Assembly (NCBI GenBank): GCA_046563655.1
Contig: CM102287.1
Coordinates: 4,588,001 to 4,652,000, forward strand
Length of the DNA: 64,000 nucleotides
Reading direction: 5' to 3'
DNA from: Yuukianura sp. NJ FZ-2021
Taxonomy: Eukaryota
Position 1 is the first letter of the stretch. The number at the start of each line of letters is the position of its first letter. A program made the translations under genes and the position numbers. This document shows positions 1 through 13,017 of this stretch, one piece after another. Below the pieces are notes generated by a model. That model was given only the letters and a program-made list of their open reading frames with translations, was not told where the DNA came from and did not search any database.

Positions 1-30
1 AGTTAAATTAAATATTGAAGAATAGCTTAC

Positions 31-3000
31 CAAGAATGGCTTCAAATTCTGGATCAGGCTAAAAACGACAAGAGAAGTTAAAGTACAGTTTACCCAAGTT
101 GTTTTAAAAGTTTTCACTTACTTGTCCCTCCTCCACCATCGGTAAATCATAACCCAGTGCACGAAGACAAGATTTGAATTCTTGTTGGTTCAAACGTCCA
201 GATTTATCCTTGTCGAAGTGCCTAAACACAGATAAAACAAACATTCCATTTATACAAATCTCGTCAAACCACATGTTTCCATTGGCTGTAGGATAACTTA
301 CTTGAACATCATCGAGAACTCCTTCAATGCATCTTCAGACACACCGGATTGGTTGCGAGCTTGAATCTGTTGCTCCAAATTGTGCTGCATACGCATTCCC
401 AATTGGTCCAGCTGATCCCAAGCCTAGACATGCCAATACAGAACCATTGTTTTCGTGTTTTCGCAATACAGGTTAAAGTAATTCTAATGTTGTAACCGCA
501 ATGTTACCTGCGCCAAACCAACAGTAGAGTGCTCAGTATAACGGTTATCCAGAATCAGATGTTCCTCCAAAATGGCTCCCAAGTCTTCAATCTTCTTCAG
601 ATCCGAACGACGAGCTCGAACCTCAGCAGCCTTACGCTATTATTCAAGCAATAAAGTAATGAAAGCTACGAAGTTATTGAATTCTGTATTTGTAACTTTG
701 CAATTTGACTTACTTTCGTTGCTTCCAACTGTTGTTCCAAAGTTCCAGAGCCTTCCATCATAGAAGACCTGCAATCCAAGAGATGTTCATAACTGATCGA
801 TGCTCACAACTTGCGCAAGAGGCTAAAAAAAATGCAATTCTTTTACCTGGTCTCCGTCAACCATTGGTGGAATGCGTTTGCAATTCGAGCAAAGTCCTTC
901 CTCAACTTGTCATTCTCCTCTTGTCGCTGGAGTTCCTTAGTCAAGTCCACATCGCGTTCCCGGATGATCTTTTGCAGATTCTTCCAAGTATCTTCCAGAG
1001 CTTCCATTGTAAACCAAGTGTAAGGATTGGGTCCCACGTTGAATGACTTGATTTGCTTATCCAAGGCTCCGAGAGCTTGAAAGTCCGATTCCGCCGTTGT
1101 CAATGAAGATTGGAATTGGGCATGGGCCTCACGGAGCGCTCTGGAAATTTAAACCGGAATTAAACTCAGTGAAGTATATTTTCTAACCTAGATCAGTACA
1201 GCATAGTATTATTCTTACCTTATTTCTTCAATTGAATTACAACGAACGGGATCTGTCAAGTCCTCTTCAGCATTTTCAAACCAAGAGTTGAATGCACTCG
1301 CCTTCTTGGCAAATGTCAAATACAATTCCTCAATTTGCCTAAACTGATCTTGCATGTGAAGTAGGCGAGCTTTACGTGCTTCGGAGGAAGCAAGCAAGTC
1401 GTTCCAGCGTTTTGACACGTCCTCATATCGCTTCTGAATTTGTTGACTTTGGAAGTGCTGAGACGAAGTCAGCTGATCCTTCAAATTGCGAATGTTGGTG
1501 ATTCCCTCTTGTTCAAAAGCGGCCAATCCAGCGTCGAAAGTATCCTGCTTTGTCAACAGTGTTTGTACAGTTGACAAGTCACGTCCAAATTCTTCACTTC
1601 GGACATGTGCCTCTTTGTCTGCGATCCAAGACTCTACGACATCAGCCTTCCACATGAATTGAAGGTAAGCAGAGTTATCCAAAAGCCCAACTTTCCTCTT
1701 CTGTGCCAACTGAGCCAAGTTTTCAATCTTTGATTGAAGTTGTTTGCAGCGCTGTGAAATGGCTTCGCTGTTATGATTCTCTTGACTTATCAATTCATTT
1801 CCAGCTTGGGTAATTTCTTGACAGTTTTCACGGTGCACGAGAAGATCAGTTTCAAAGGCGTCGTGCTTCTTGAGTAGACCCTGAAATTATTCAAAAGTCA
1901 GTTCAACTTCCCAAGTTTTGTTTCAAATCAAATAAAAACCTGCAACTCACCTGAACAGCAGCCATCGAATCTCCCAAATCGTCCACAACAAGTAGTTGCT
2001 GCTTCTCACTAATCCAAGCCTCTTCTTCTTCAACTTTAGCCAAAAATTGTTGAAATGTCAAACTCTGGTTGAGTTTCTCTCCACGACTTGCGCTCATTTG
2101 TTTCTACAAGAAAGTTTAACATAGTAAATTAACATTGCTGTATGCCTTTCTTTTAAATTGGTTACTGTACCAGTTCTCCCCAAGCTTGGTTCAGTGCCTT
2201 TAGACGTTGTTCAATTTCTGGAACACCAATGTTGGCAACATCCATCAATTCGAGTCCAGCATCTTGAACGGCCTGGATTGCCGGTTCATGCGAAGCAAGT
2301 TCCGCTTCGAGCCGCTTATGCTTCTTCTTCAAGTTTTGGACGCCTAGGATTATAAAATTATTGTTAGAATTTAAAACATAAAACACTACGTTAAAATCCA
2401 AGTTTAATGTATTAAAAAATTACCAGTAAGGTCACGTCCATAATCGGCGGATCCAACCAGAAGTTTCTTCTCTTTGATCCATGATTCCTGGTCAGCGATG
2501 TCTCGAAAGAATTGATGAAGAGTAAACGCTTCATTGAGGCGAGACTGACGATGTGCGGCCAGATTCTTGACACGTTCGAATCGACTGTTGATGGACTGTC
2601 TCTTCTCATGAATTGCTGCTGCATCAAACTGCTCTGACTCAATCAAACTGTCGGCTTGAGAGTTCATATCTGCACAAACGAATACAAAAACGTCATTTAA
2701 AAAGTTAGTCCGATAAAGACAAGCCGATAATAAAAGAATTATTAGTTAATTTGAGATAATCTATCCGTACTACGTAAGAATAAACCTAACCTTTGATTCT
2801 ATCCTCATGTGCGTTGATGTCAGCTTCCACAAGTTGTTGTTTCTTCATCAAATTCTGGACAGAAGCAAGATCCTTGCCAGCATCTTCTGAGGTCAAAAGA
2901 CTCTCGACTTCACCCAACCAAAAGTCCAAATCCTTCACTGCTGCGATGTACGTCCGTTGCTTATTTGCTTCCTTCAACTTCATGCTCTTTTCACTAGTCT

Positions 3001-6000
3001 TCTGTGTCAAAGTTTCCCACTGTTGTGCAATAGAGTCCAAGCGATTTTCCACGGCGTCTTCACTTCCACCGCATTGACGTTTTTCAATCAAGTTGTGACC
3101 CATAGCCAATACTGCTTGAATTCTATATACAAAAATCAAAATTCAAACTTTCATAAAAAGTTCCTTTCAAAACCTTTGAAATTTAAAAAGTCTCCTTACC
3201 GATCAGCATTTGCGGCCAATTCAGCTTCGAATGCTTGATGCTTCTGGTGTTTGGATTGAATGTTGGCAGGGTCTTTGTAGGACTCTTCAGTAGCAAATTG
3301 CAGTTTCTCCGAAATCCAATTTTCAATTTCGTCAGCATCTCGTGAAAATTGTTGAAGGGTCTGTGACTCGCCCAATTTCGATCGCTTCTCAATCAAAGCT
3401 TCCTTCAACTTCTCCCATCGCTGAAGCACTTGATCCTTCTTCTTGTCAATCTGGGGCGAGGCGTAGTGGTCACCAGAAACGAGCTGATCAGCAAAAGCAG
3501 CCAGTTGTGCCATTTTTTCTTCCTGGCCATTGATAGCCTTGTCAAAATCTTCGTGTTTCTTGATCAAAGCTTCAACATTGTCAGCATTGTCTTTCTCTTC
3601 GTCTTGCAAAAATGCCTCTCGGCTTCCCATCCAGTTTTCAGCCTGTTCGCAGTCACGATAGAACAACTGCAATTCGAGGCATTGATCCAACTGCATTCGT
3701 CGAGCAATCCACTGCTTCTCCAACTCTTGTCGTGCCTCTGACATCGATTCCAACTTCTCCCCTATTTCGACACTGGCGTAATGCTGGGATTCGAGCAACT
3801 GTTTTCCGAACATTTCAAAAGCTTGGAACGTTCCAGCTCGAGCGTCCATTTCCGTTCGATGCTCTTGGTGTCGTTCAAGCAGCGCCTCGGCTCCAGTGAC
3901 ATCCGTTGCCAATTCATCGCTTGACACAAGAGCCATGATGGAGTTGATCCATCCCATCAAATCGCTGAAAAAGGCAAAAACAAGGTCAGTTCAAATTCGT
4001 TATCAAACAAGTTTTCATAAATGTTGACAACTCACCGATAATCGCTGAGAAATCGCTGCAAGTCATAAGAGTCCAGCAACTTTTCCTTTCTGCTTGTGGC
4101 CTTCGTTTGAAGTTGAGTCCATTCCGTATTGATTTCTCTCTGTTTAGAGTAAATTGTTTCGCCAGACTCTGGATGGGTTTGCATCAATTTCGTTGCAGTG
4201 TCGTCCAACTGTCGAATTCGATCTCCCAAAGCAGCCAAATCTCGTTCCAAACCTTCATGTTTTCGCTGCAGAGCCTGAACAGTTCTCAAATCCTTTCCAA
4301 GATCATCCTTTGACAGTGCTTCGTCCTTTTCAGCAATCCAGTCCTTGGTTTCATCAACATCTCGGTGGAAACGTTGCACTTGATGGGCATTTCCCAATTT
4401 ATCGGCCTTTTCTTGTGTTGTTTGTTGAAGGGAGCTCCACTTCTGATTCAAATCTTCCAATTGTGTCTGGATCTTGACAGCAGCTTCTGTTTGTCCCAAA
4501 CTCATCAACTGCATTGCAATGACATTCATTTCGGCAAGTCGGACTTCGTTAGCTTTCAAATCAGATTGAAAGTCATCAAACTTCTTCTGCATAACTTCGA
4601 CTTGTTCCAAGTCAGCTTCCGGATGAACCTCAGCCACCTAAAAAGATAAAAACCATGACAAAATTATTATTTTATCACTTTTTCACAAATTTCAGATAAG
4701 CAGTACTTTATATTCTAAGTTTTTACCTGAACCTGAGCATATTGCTCTTTGTCTTTAATCCACGAAGCGAGTTCGGAAGCTTCACGAACTAGAACGTAGG
4801 CTTTGCATGCTTCATTCAGTTTGTCTTGTCGTACTCGTCCCAGATTCAGTAGTTGATTGTACTGACTCTCAATTTGGTTTTGACGAGCAGAGATAGAAGA
4901 TTTGTCGGCCAAGTTTTGCTGTGATGCAGAAAGTCCAGCGTCGATGCGCTTCACATAAGCTGCTGGTACAAATCCTTGACGATCATTGACTTCAACTTTC
5001 CACCAATCCTTGTTGTTTGAGTTCAGCAAAGTCAAAACATCTCCCTTCTTCATGCTAACTTCCCTTGGACTCTTCTCCGTGTAATCATAAAGTGCCATCA
5101 CTGCTTCCTTGCCACCAAAATCTCCCTGTGGAGCTGCTCTGCAAGTCTCGGCCTGTTAATTTTCAATTAATCCGTAATTAGCTTAAACGTTAACTTATAA
5201 ACTTAGGTTACGTTACAGTCTTAAGTATCTTACCTGTTCTCGGAGCCCCTCGATTGTGGATTTGAATGCCTCCAAATCTGACATGAGAGCTTCGTTTTTC
5301 TTGAGAAGTGCTTCACTCGAATCTTCATCTTTTCCGTATTCTGTGGACAAGACCAACGGTTCCTTCTCCTTCATCCACGACTCGGCTTCATTGGCATCAG
5401 CAAAGTATTGATGAGCTAGTAAAGCATCATCCAAATCTCGTTTTCGCTTATCTGCCTTCTCCTTGAGTCCAATCCAGTGATTCTGAAGTTTGTTGACGCG
5501 ACCATTGACATCATCAGCCAAAAAGTTTCCAGGTTGACCCAAAGATGCTCCACTTTCACAAACAGACGTCAATCTGGGTTCGTGGTTTGAAATTTCAGAA
5601 GTAACTGCTTGATGTTTCTTGATCAAGTTTTGAACTCCGATCAAATCTCGTCCTCTGTTGTTGCTTGCAGCGATTGGCTCCTTTTCACGAATCCTAAAAC
5701 AGACGACCCAGCCAAGAGTTAGCTTAACATCTCCAGGACGTAATTATAAAGAAGCATTTTAAATTACTAACCAAGCTTCTTCATCTTCAATGTCGCGGAA
5801 GAGCTGTTGAACACGGAGACTGTCGCTTAGCTTCTTGCGTCTCGTTTCAATCGGTCCTTGTAGAGCGGCATAACGTTTTTCAACGCTATCTGCCTTTCTC
5901 TTGATCGTGTCGCCATCGAAGTGTCCTTTTTCGAGAAATTCTTGAGATGTGACATGAACTGAGTCAACTCGTTCTTGGTGACTGGCAACGTCAGACTCCA

Positions 6001-8769
6001 AAAGTCCATGTTTCTTCTGTAGGTTTTGGACAGACGTCAAATCCTGTAAGAAATCAAAGGATTATGAACTATTTTCAAAGCTACCAACATGATAAAGTCT
6101 ACATTGTGCTATATACATAATTAAGTAATTAGTTAAGGTAACTAACCTTTCCGTAGTCTTCACTGTTGAGACTCACTTCGACTTCGCTCAGCCAGAGTTC
6201 AATGTCTTCCACAGTTCGATTGAACTGTTGCTGTTGAGACGCTTCAGCTAAACGTGACTCCTTCTTATCTGCAGCTTCCACCAGTTGTTGCCAAAGTTCA
6301 ACAATTTCTTCAAGGCGAGACTCCACTCGATCTGCTCCGTAATGACTCGATTCGATCAGCTGTTTTCCAGATTGGATAATTTCATCAATCCTGGTCTTGT
6401 TTGCTGCCAATTCCTTTTGAAAGTTAGCATGTTTCTGAACTTTTCCGTTTAAGTTGGTAGGGTCCAAGTATGAATCGTCGTTGGCAAACTTGAGTTTTCC
6501 ACGGATCCAGTTCTTCGTTTCATCACAATCTCTCTCGAATTGCATTAGTTTGAATGCAGCATCCAAAGTTGCTCGTCGTCTTCCACTCTTCTCAAGTAAG
6601 CCATTTCTGCGTTGTAGTAGAAGTGCTCTGCGTTGACTCACGTCTTCAGCAGCATAATGTTGACCTTCGATCAATTTGGAAGCAAATTCATCCAGTGCTC
6701 GAATCTTCTCTTCTTGTGCTGCCAATGATTTCTCGAAATCTTCATGTTTCTTTATCAGAGCTTCGACTGAGTCCAAAGAATCTCCCAAATCCTGATTCTC
6801 CAGAAATGCCTGCGAAATAAAAAATAAAATTTTAGTAACACACAAAACAAACATTTTCAGCTGATTTAACTTTTTGCATAATTTGAAATTACCTCTTGTT
6901 TAGCCATCCAAGTGTCTGCCTGCTCTGTATCTCGATAGAACAATTGCAAATCCATGCACTGTTCGTACAGAATCCGACGATCTTCCCACAGAGCCAATAG
7001 AACACGCTTCTCATCTTCCAAGTATCCCAACTTGTCACTGATGTCTCCAGCAGCAAAATGTCGCTTCTCAACTAGCTGCTGCCCAGCCTCAGAAATCAGT
7101 TTGAACGAATCTTCACGAGCATCAATCTCTCCTTTGTGTTCCTGATGTCTCTCCAAAAGAGCTTCAGCTCCAGCAACGTCTTTTGCCAGCTCATCAGCAG
7201 AAATGATACTCTTGGTATCGTTGATCCAGGAAATCAAATCTCGAAACTCGGCCAAAAAGCGATGAAGAGAATAGCTGTCATCGAGTTTCGATTTGCGATC
7301 TTTGGCCTTATCCACAAGCATTCCCCAGTTTCCAACGATTTCTTCATGCTTTTGACGAATTTGCTGACTGTGATCAGGATGGATTTGACACAGACGGTCA
7401 GCTTCTTGTCCAAGTGTAGCAACTTTGTCTTGAAGAGCTGCCAAATCACGTTCGACGCCCTCATGTTTCCTTTGGAGAGCTTGAATGGAAGCCAAGTCAC
7501 GTCCAAATTCATCTGAAGACAAAATGACATCCTTCTCATTGATCCATGCAATGGCCTCATCAGCATCTCGATTGAATCGCTGAATTTCATGAGCTCCAAA
7601 AAGTTTTTCCTGTCTCATAACAGCAAGTTGTTTCAATCGCTGCCATGCTTCGTTCAAATCGTCCTTCTTCTTTGCAATTGTTTCAAATTCTGGATGGGCC
7701 TCTGCGATTAGCTTATCTCCTTGGGCGTTGACGTCAACAACGCGATACTCCTGACTGGCCATATCTTTCTGGAATTCATCGAATTTCCGTTGTAGAACTT
7801 CAACATGTTCCAAGTCGGTTCCGAATTCGTCAGCTGTGACAAAAGTTTCTTTGTCTTGAATCCAGAGCAGAACTTCGTCGCATGATCGGAGATATTGAAC
7901 AAGGACCAAAGCATGTTGGAGACGAAGTCCCTTTTCGGCCAGGCGATTCAGCAGTAGCTCCCAGAGTCTGTGAAGTTCTTCCAATCGTCGTCGAATGGCT
8001 TCTGAAGAGTAATGTTGCTGTTGAATCATTTCTTGTCCAGTGTTGTCCAGAGCTACGATAGCGTTTGAATGTGCTGCCACTTCAGCTTCAAAGGCCTAAG
8101 AATAAAAAAAAACGATTTGTAAACGGACCGATAATCTACCTTATATTCAACAACTGTTTTTAAGAATTAACCGAATCTACAGAAAAAGTGTAAATTATTT
8201 CATTCGTCGTCGTAGTTTATTACCTGATGCTTTTGGATTTTGGCCTGAAGATTTGTGACATCTTTGAATCCTTCGTCACTGGCTGCTTGCAACTTCTCAT
8301 AAATCTGAAACGAAAATAACGATATGCATGTTATTAATATCGATGGTTAAAGCTTCAGGCTGATAATGTACTACTATCTGAAAGATTTTAAACTAGAACA
8401 TATGTTATACACCCATCTAAATTAACTTACCCAGCTCTCAAGTTCATCTGCATCTCTCTTGAAGTATTGGTAACGACGAGAGTCTTCCAATTTCTCCCGT
8501 TTCAATTTCGCATCGTTACGAAAAGCCGAATATCGTCCCAGGACTTGGTCTCTTCTCTCCTGAATATCCTCAGCTGTTTCTAGAATCTTGACCTCCTTGG
8601 GTGTCGGCATTGGGTTCTGATGATGTTGACCCGCAGAGTCTTGATCTGTCTCAGTAGAAAAGTGTGGTGTTGGCGATGGATTAGATTCATCGTGATCATC
8701 GTGCCCATCATGTTCATGTTCCTCTTCGTAAGATCCTTCGTGTTCGTTACGTTCACGAGTAGTCTCCAT
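31..8769 (-). CDS. alpha-Spec: Alpha-spectrin (non-erythroid type), multi-exon, 3' end continues beyond window start
   Basis: Spectrin repeats throughout, N-terminal [24 protein letters not shown]3 domain ([48 protein letters not shown]), and EF-hand region near 122-423. In-frame GT-AG exons: 8431-8769, 8224-8304, 6893-8095, 6147-6809, 5772-6043, 5234-5693, 4727-5152, 4036-4637, 3200-3964, 2791-3122, 2424-2669, 2171-2343, 1951-2103, 1219-1880, 847-1140, 714-768, 508-636, 302-423, 122-221, 31-58. Confidence 0.98.
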
Positions 8770-9292
8770 TGCCGATTTTTGTATCGTATCTCTCAAAACT
8801 ATAAACGAAAATACAACACGATTAGTTAAGGTCACTTTTTCTAAGACGTATTCTAATTGTACCGTGAGAATAATGAATGATTAACTTAAACTTTTGATCG
8901 GTCTTACCTACCTTATTAGCTGTATTAATTGATCACTCCACTGCTACAATCTGGTAGTCGTTGTTTCCGGTCAGCCGGATGTATGGCGAAAAGTTTTCCT
9001 TCGTATTTGGCTGGCACTAGCAGTTATCGATGGAATTTCCGTAGTGTTTGATCAGCTAACTTGTTCCACTTTTGCTTTATGTACAGGAACCGCAGACAAC
9101 CGCAACTAATTGATTAATCGATTACTTGTTAGGGAGTTTACCCACTCACTCGCAGTACACAGTTATACTAAAGAACACTCCCTGTCCTTCTCCTTCCTTC
9201 TGTTATCTGTACCACTTACCATGAGTAGCCAGGGTGTGATAATCCTCTCAAAGTGGAGGTGACTCACAAATCATTGAAGCCGCACCCAACAA

Positions 9293-9302
9293 CGCATGCG
9301 CA
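9293..9302. promoter_or_regulatory. NRF1/Ewg-like palindromic site (CGCATGCGCA) upstream of the alpha-spectrin 5' exons
   Basis: Matches the NRF1 consensus GCGCATGCGC and lies about 70 bp upstream of a strong donor (ATG|gtaagt at 9220). A similar site (ACGCATGCGT) lies upstream of PDK. Confidence 0.45.
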
Positions 9303-9926
9303 AACTCGCGATTTTTTCTTCCCTTCAATGTCAAATGCTAACCAGCGGATCTTCCAGCATCTAAATTCCAGAAAATTCCAGTGTAGACAAAAACAATTGA
9401 AGTAATAAAATAAATTAAAACAAATTACCCAATTTTAGTCGAATATACGTCGCTCCAGTTTTAATTCGGATACACAAAGTGACCTGACAAAGGCAATAAG
9501 TCAGTCGTCATTGTCCAAATAGTTTGACCTGACCTTTGACCTAGTCCATTTAAATATAACGATTCTCTGCGAGACATAGATACGATACAAATCCCTTAAC
9601 TGATAAAATTTTAACTCAAAATCCTTAACAAAAAAAAAAGAAAACTAGAATGAGCAACTAAATTGAATTGACAGAATTAAAATGGAGTAAATTGGAGTAT
9701 CCTTAACTTCACAAACTTAAAACTCAGGGGTTTTGAAAACGATTTTCTAAACAAAGCTGCGTATTTTCTAAAACATAACATCGCTTACGTACAAACCTGC
9801 AACTAAACCACCCTCAACAGTTTGGTCTAAAGTTTGATATGACTAATCTGATGCCAATTTAGTTTTAAACAAAGGACAGTGTCACACGACCTGCCGACTC
9901 TACCCCTAAGGTCAAAGGTCAGCCTA

Positions 9927-11721
9927 TTAAAATCGACTACTTAGTTGACTACTGGAACCATTCCCACTGAGTCCTCCTCCAAGTATTCTTCCACCGGCTG
10001 ATCCTGAACTCCAGTCTTTGGCTGGAATGCTCGTGGTGTAGTGCCTTGATGAAGCTTTGTTGAAAATTGGCAACAATTCATTGGCTTCATCCGACAAGGC
10101 CTTGAGATAAATCGCTGCATCCGTCCCATAGCCATCGTAGCTGGTTAATATGAGGTCACCCTGAAAATATCTTGCGTAGAGCCGGGAGAGAGGTAATCCA
10201 TATCCAAAGCCTATAAAAAGTTAAAAACCGGGTTAATCAGTAATCGAAACAGTAATTGACAAATGTTGAATCCTCACCAGCTAACGGTGCCGTATTGCTA
10301 TGTAAATCTGCCGGAGGTTCTAGAAATTGACGAAACAGATTGTGTTTTAACATTCTTATTGTAGAATGTTGAATCGTTACGTTAACTTCTTACGAGGAGC
10401 TGTAGAATACATATACTGAAACAGAAGATCGATACAGCTTCGCGGGATTCCACCACCTCGATCAGAAATCTGGAATGCAGCGATTAGTAATTGACATTAA
10501 TCTATAATTAGCCAACTAAAAATTTGTTGATACCTTGATACTAATATCTTCCTTTCCGGTGACAACTAGGACTTCAACAGGCGGTAATGTAGTAGCTGTA
10601 TCGCCGTGGTGTTCGACAACAGCACGTAGAGCATTTTTGAACAGTTCAAAGAACATGTGGTACAGATGTGAAGGAACGTAGATGATGTGGATAGGTTTCC
10701 CAGGATTCACCTCTGAAATTCAGAAAACTCTCAATGTTAGTAAAATTCTTTGGCTAAACATTGGCAAATGGCAATTGGAGTTCATGATTAATCAGTTGTT
10801 ACCGTTATGCTCCTTGATAACGAGATCAGGAGAATGACAGTAGTACTGATCACATAGGAATCGAGCATTCTCGTAAGCATCTTGTATAACTGCCACCACG
10901 CTGCAATTGGGGTCTATCCCTCCGACATGTCTAGATGGTGTCTGCTCCTTGCCGAATAAAAGAGCTAGGGAAGAAAATTAAACGGAAATAATTCGATTGC
11001 TAGATCAAAACTATTCTTCGTCCATTGTAAATACAGTGTACTAATTCGGGGAAGTTCTTACTGTGTTGATTGATTAACATTCGAATTGAAATGCGTGACA
11101 TGTAAAATCTGTCCAGGAAGTACTGGATGCTGTGTTCCATACTATTGTCCACGGGATGTGACTCTTTCATTTCCATGATTCCTTGCGCCATTGTTTGCAC
11201 CACATCTGAATGTCGATTTCTGATCTTCACTAGAGCTTCACAAAAACTGAAATATTGAGAAAACAATCGATATGTTGCTTATACATTGAAACATTTGATA
11301 ATTTGGAATCCTTCAGTACTTGTTCAGCATATAAACGTCATCGGCCTCCTTGTCCTCAAATTCCAGTATTTCTTTGAAGCTCTGAATGTACCAATTTTGA
11401 ACAATGCTAACGGACGGCATTCGTTGCAAGTTCTCTGGAAGCAGATTGATTTCTTTCATGATATTTGCCAGGCGTACTGGCAGTTCCTTCTTCAGGAATG
11501 TAAATGATGTCTTCTCACACGCATTTCGACCTGTAATTAGTTAAAATAAACATACATATTTAAAAGAGATTAGATTAGAAACTAGGTCAATGATTGAGTA
11601 AATTCTAATAAAAATGTTTACCAAAATCAATGAATTGCTTGATTGACAACGGAGAAGGATTGAATTGAGAATAAGTATCCAACATCTTCGTCAACCGAAA
11701 CATTACACTGCTAAGCCTCAT
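9927..11721 (-). CDS. Pdk: Pyruvate dehydrogenase kinase, mitochondrial
   Basis: Motifs [43 protein letters not shown] (N box), ISDRGGGIP (G1) and [22 protein letters not shown] (G2). Exons 11622-11721, 11320-11530, 11062-11246, 10803-10964, 10534-10712, 10394-10469, 10278-10319, 9927-10210. Confidence 0.97.
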
Positions 11722-12670
11722 CGTTCCGCCTTATTAATGTCAACGGTGATCCCGAAAACTGCAGTTCTATCACTCAAATGGCCAAACCGTATCACTCAGC
11801 TTACCACAGCTGACTTCCTGCCCGGAACCGAGAGGGAATAACCGGAAGAATGAATAATCCCCACTCTTCTTGTTCTTCTTCAATGAAGTGGCAATGAGTA
11901 TGTAGAAAAAGAAACATCCAGATTAATTCGTTCCTTATTGCGTTCTCTGGTGCAATTGATGTTCCCAACTGATGGTTGCGTCCTCTTCTATGGAATATTT
12001 TAAATGACCCTGGAATATTAGCAAACAAGTGGAGTCAGATAAATTGAATGTGGACACTCACACTACCTTACTAGTATCTCTGGAGAGTCCGTCAACCTTC
12101 CTTTCTTCCAGAAATCCAGATAGTGCGTAGTTTACAAAGAATTGAGTGGTCAGATGATCCAAGCAGGATCGAGATGATGACGACAATCGTAATTGGCAAA
12201 CCAAGCAAACCCAATAAGGTCATAAGGTTACGCTGACTCTATTACGTGAAACAGCTTTATCCAAATTTAAATCAATACCCTTTCGGTTCCGATTCCGCTC
12301 GCAATCAAATCAAAAGCAATTACCTTCAATCAATCGAACACTGCCAATTACTTAGCGGCGTACTTAACTTAAGTAACGGGGACGAGGACATCTAACTGCT
12401 TCATGTAGCGCTTCCACATCCACACTACTCCAAATGCTAACTACGATTTAAATTAATCAATTACCTTGAACTCTTGGATCCTATTTGTAACCTTATAACT
12501 ATAAACGGATGTTGATTGATGAAGAATGACGAAGATGATGATAATAATGAAGAGGAAGACGAGTGATTGTTGACATTGATTGAGTGAAAGAAAAAAGTGA
12601 AATTTTCCACTAATGAAACAAAAGTAAACAATAAGCTTCTTTATGAATGAAAACGACGCACCCAGCGACT

Positions 12671-12680
12671 ACGCATGCGT
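12671..12680. promoter_or_regulatory. NRF1/Ewg-like palindrome ACGCATGCGT, likely PDK promoter region
   Basis: Perfect palindrome upstream of several minus-strand donor-like sites (about 11803, 12323, 12464) that suggest non-coding 5' exons of PDK. Confidence 0.4.
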
Positions 12681-13017
12681 GGAAGAAAATGTCACGCATT
12701 TTTTCATGCCTGCCATGACCTACCCCTTACTATCGTAGTAAAATTATCTCTGAAAAGGTCGTTCACCCCGGACTAACCTGCTCTTCATGAAACTAGACCA
12801 ATTTTTAAAGCAGGACTTTTAACTTGTTAAAACGGAACTTTTTAACTTGTTAAAAGTTCTGAGCCTTTTCAATTTTGTACAGTTAAACACATTTGAATTG
12901 AAACCCCCTAAATATTGTTGCACCATGCTTAACTAAATATTGTTTATTGATCATGCATAATAAATTAGTAATCAACAATTTAACCAGAAGCGGGTAAACT
13001 TTTGGTAAGTTAGCCCT

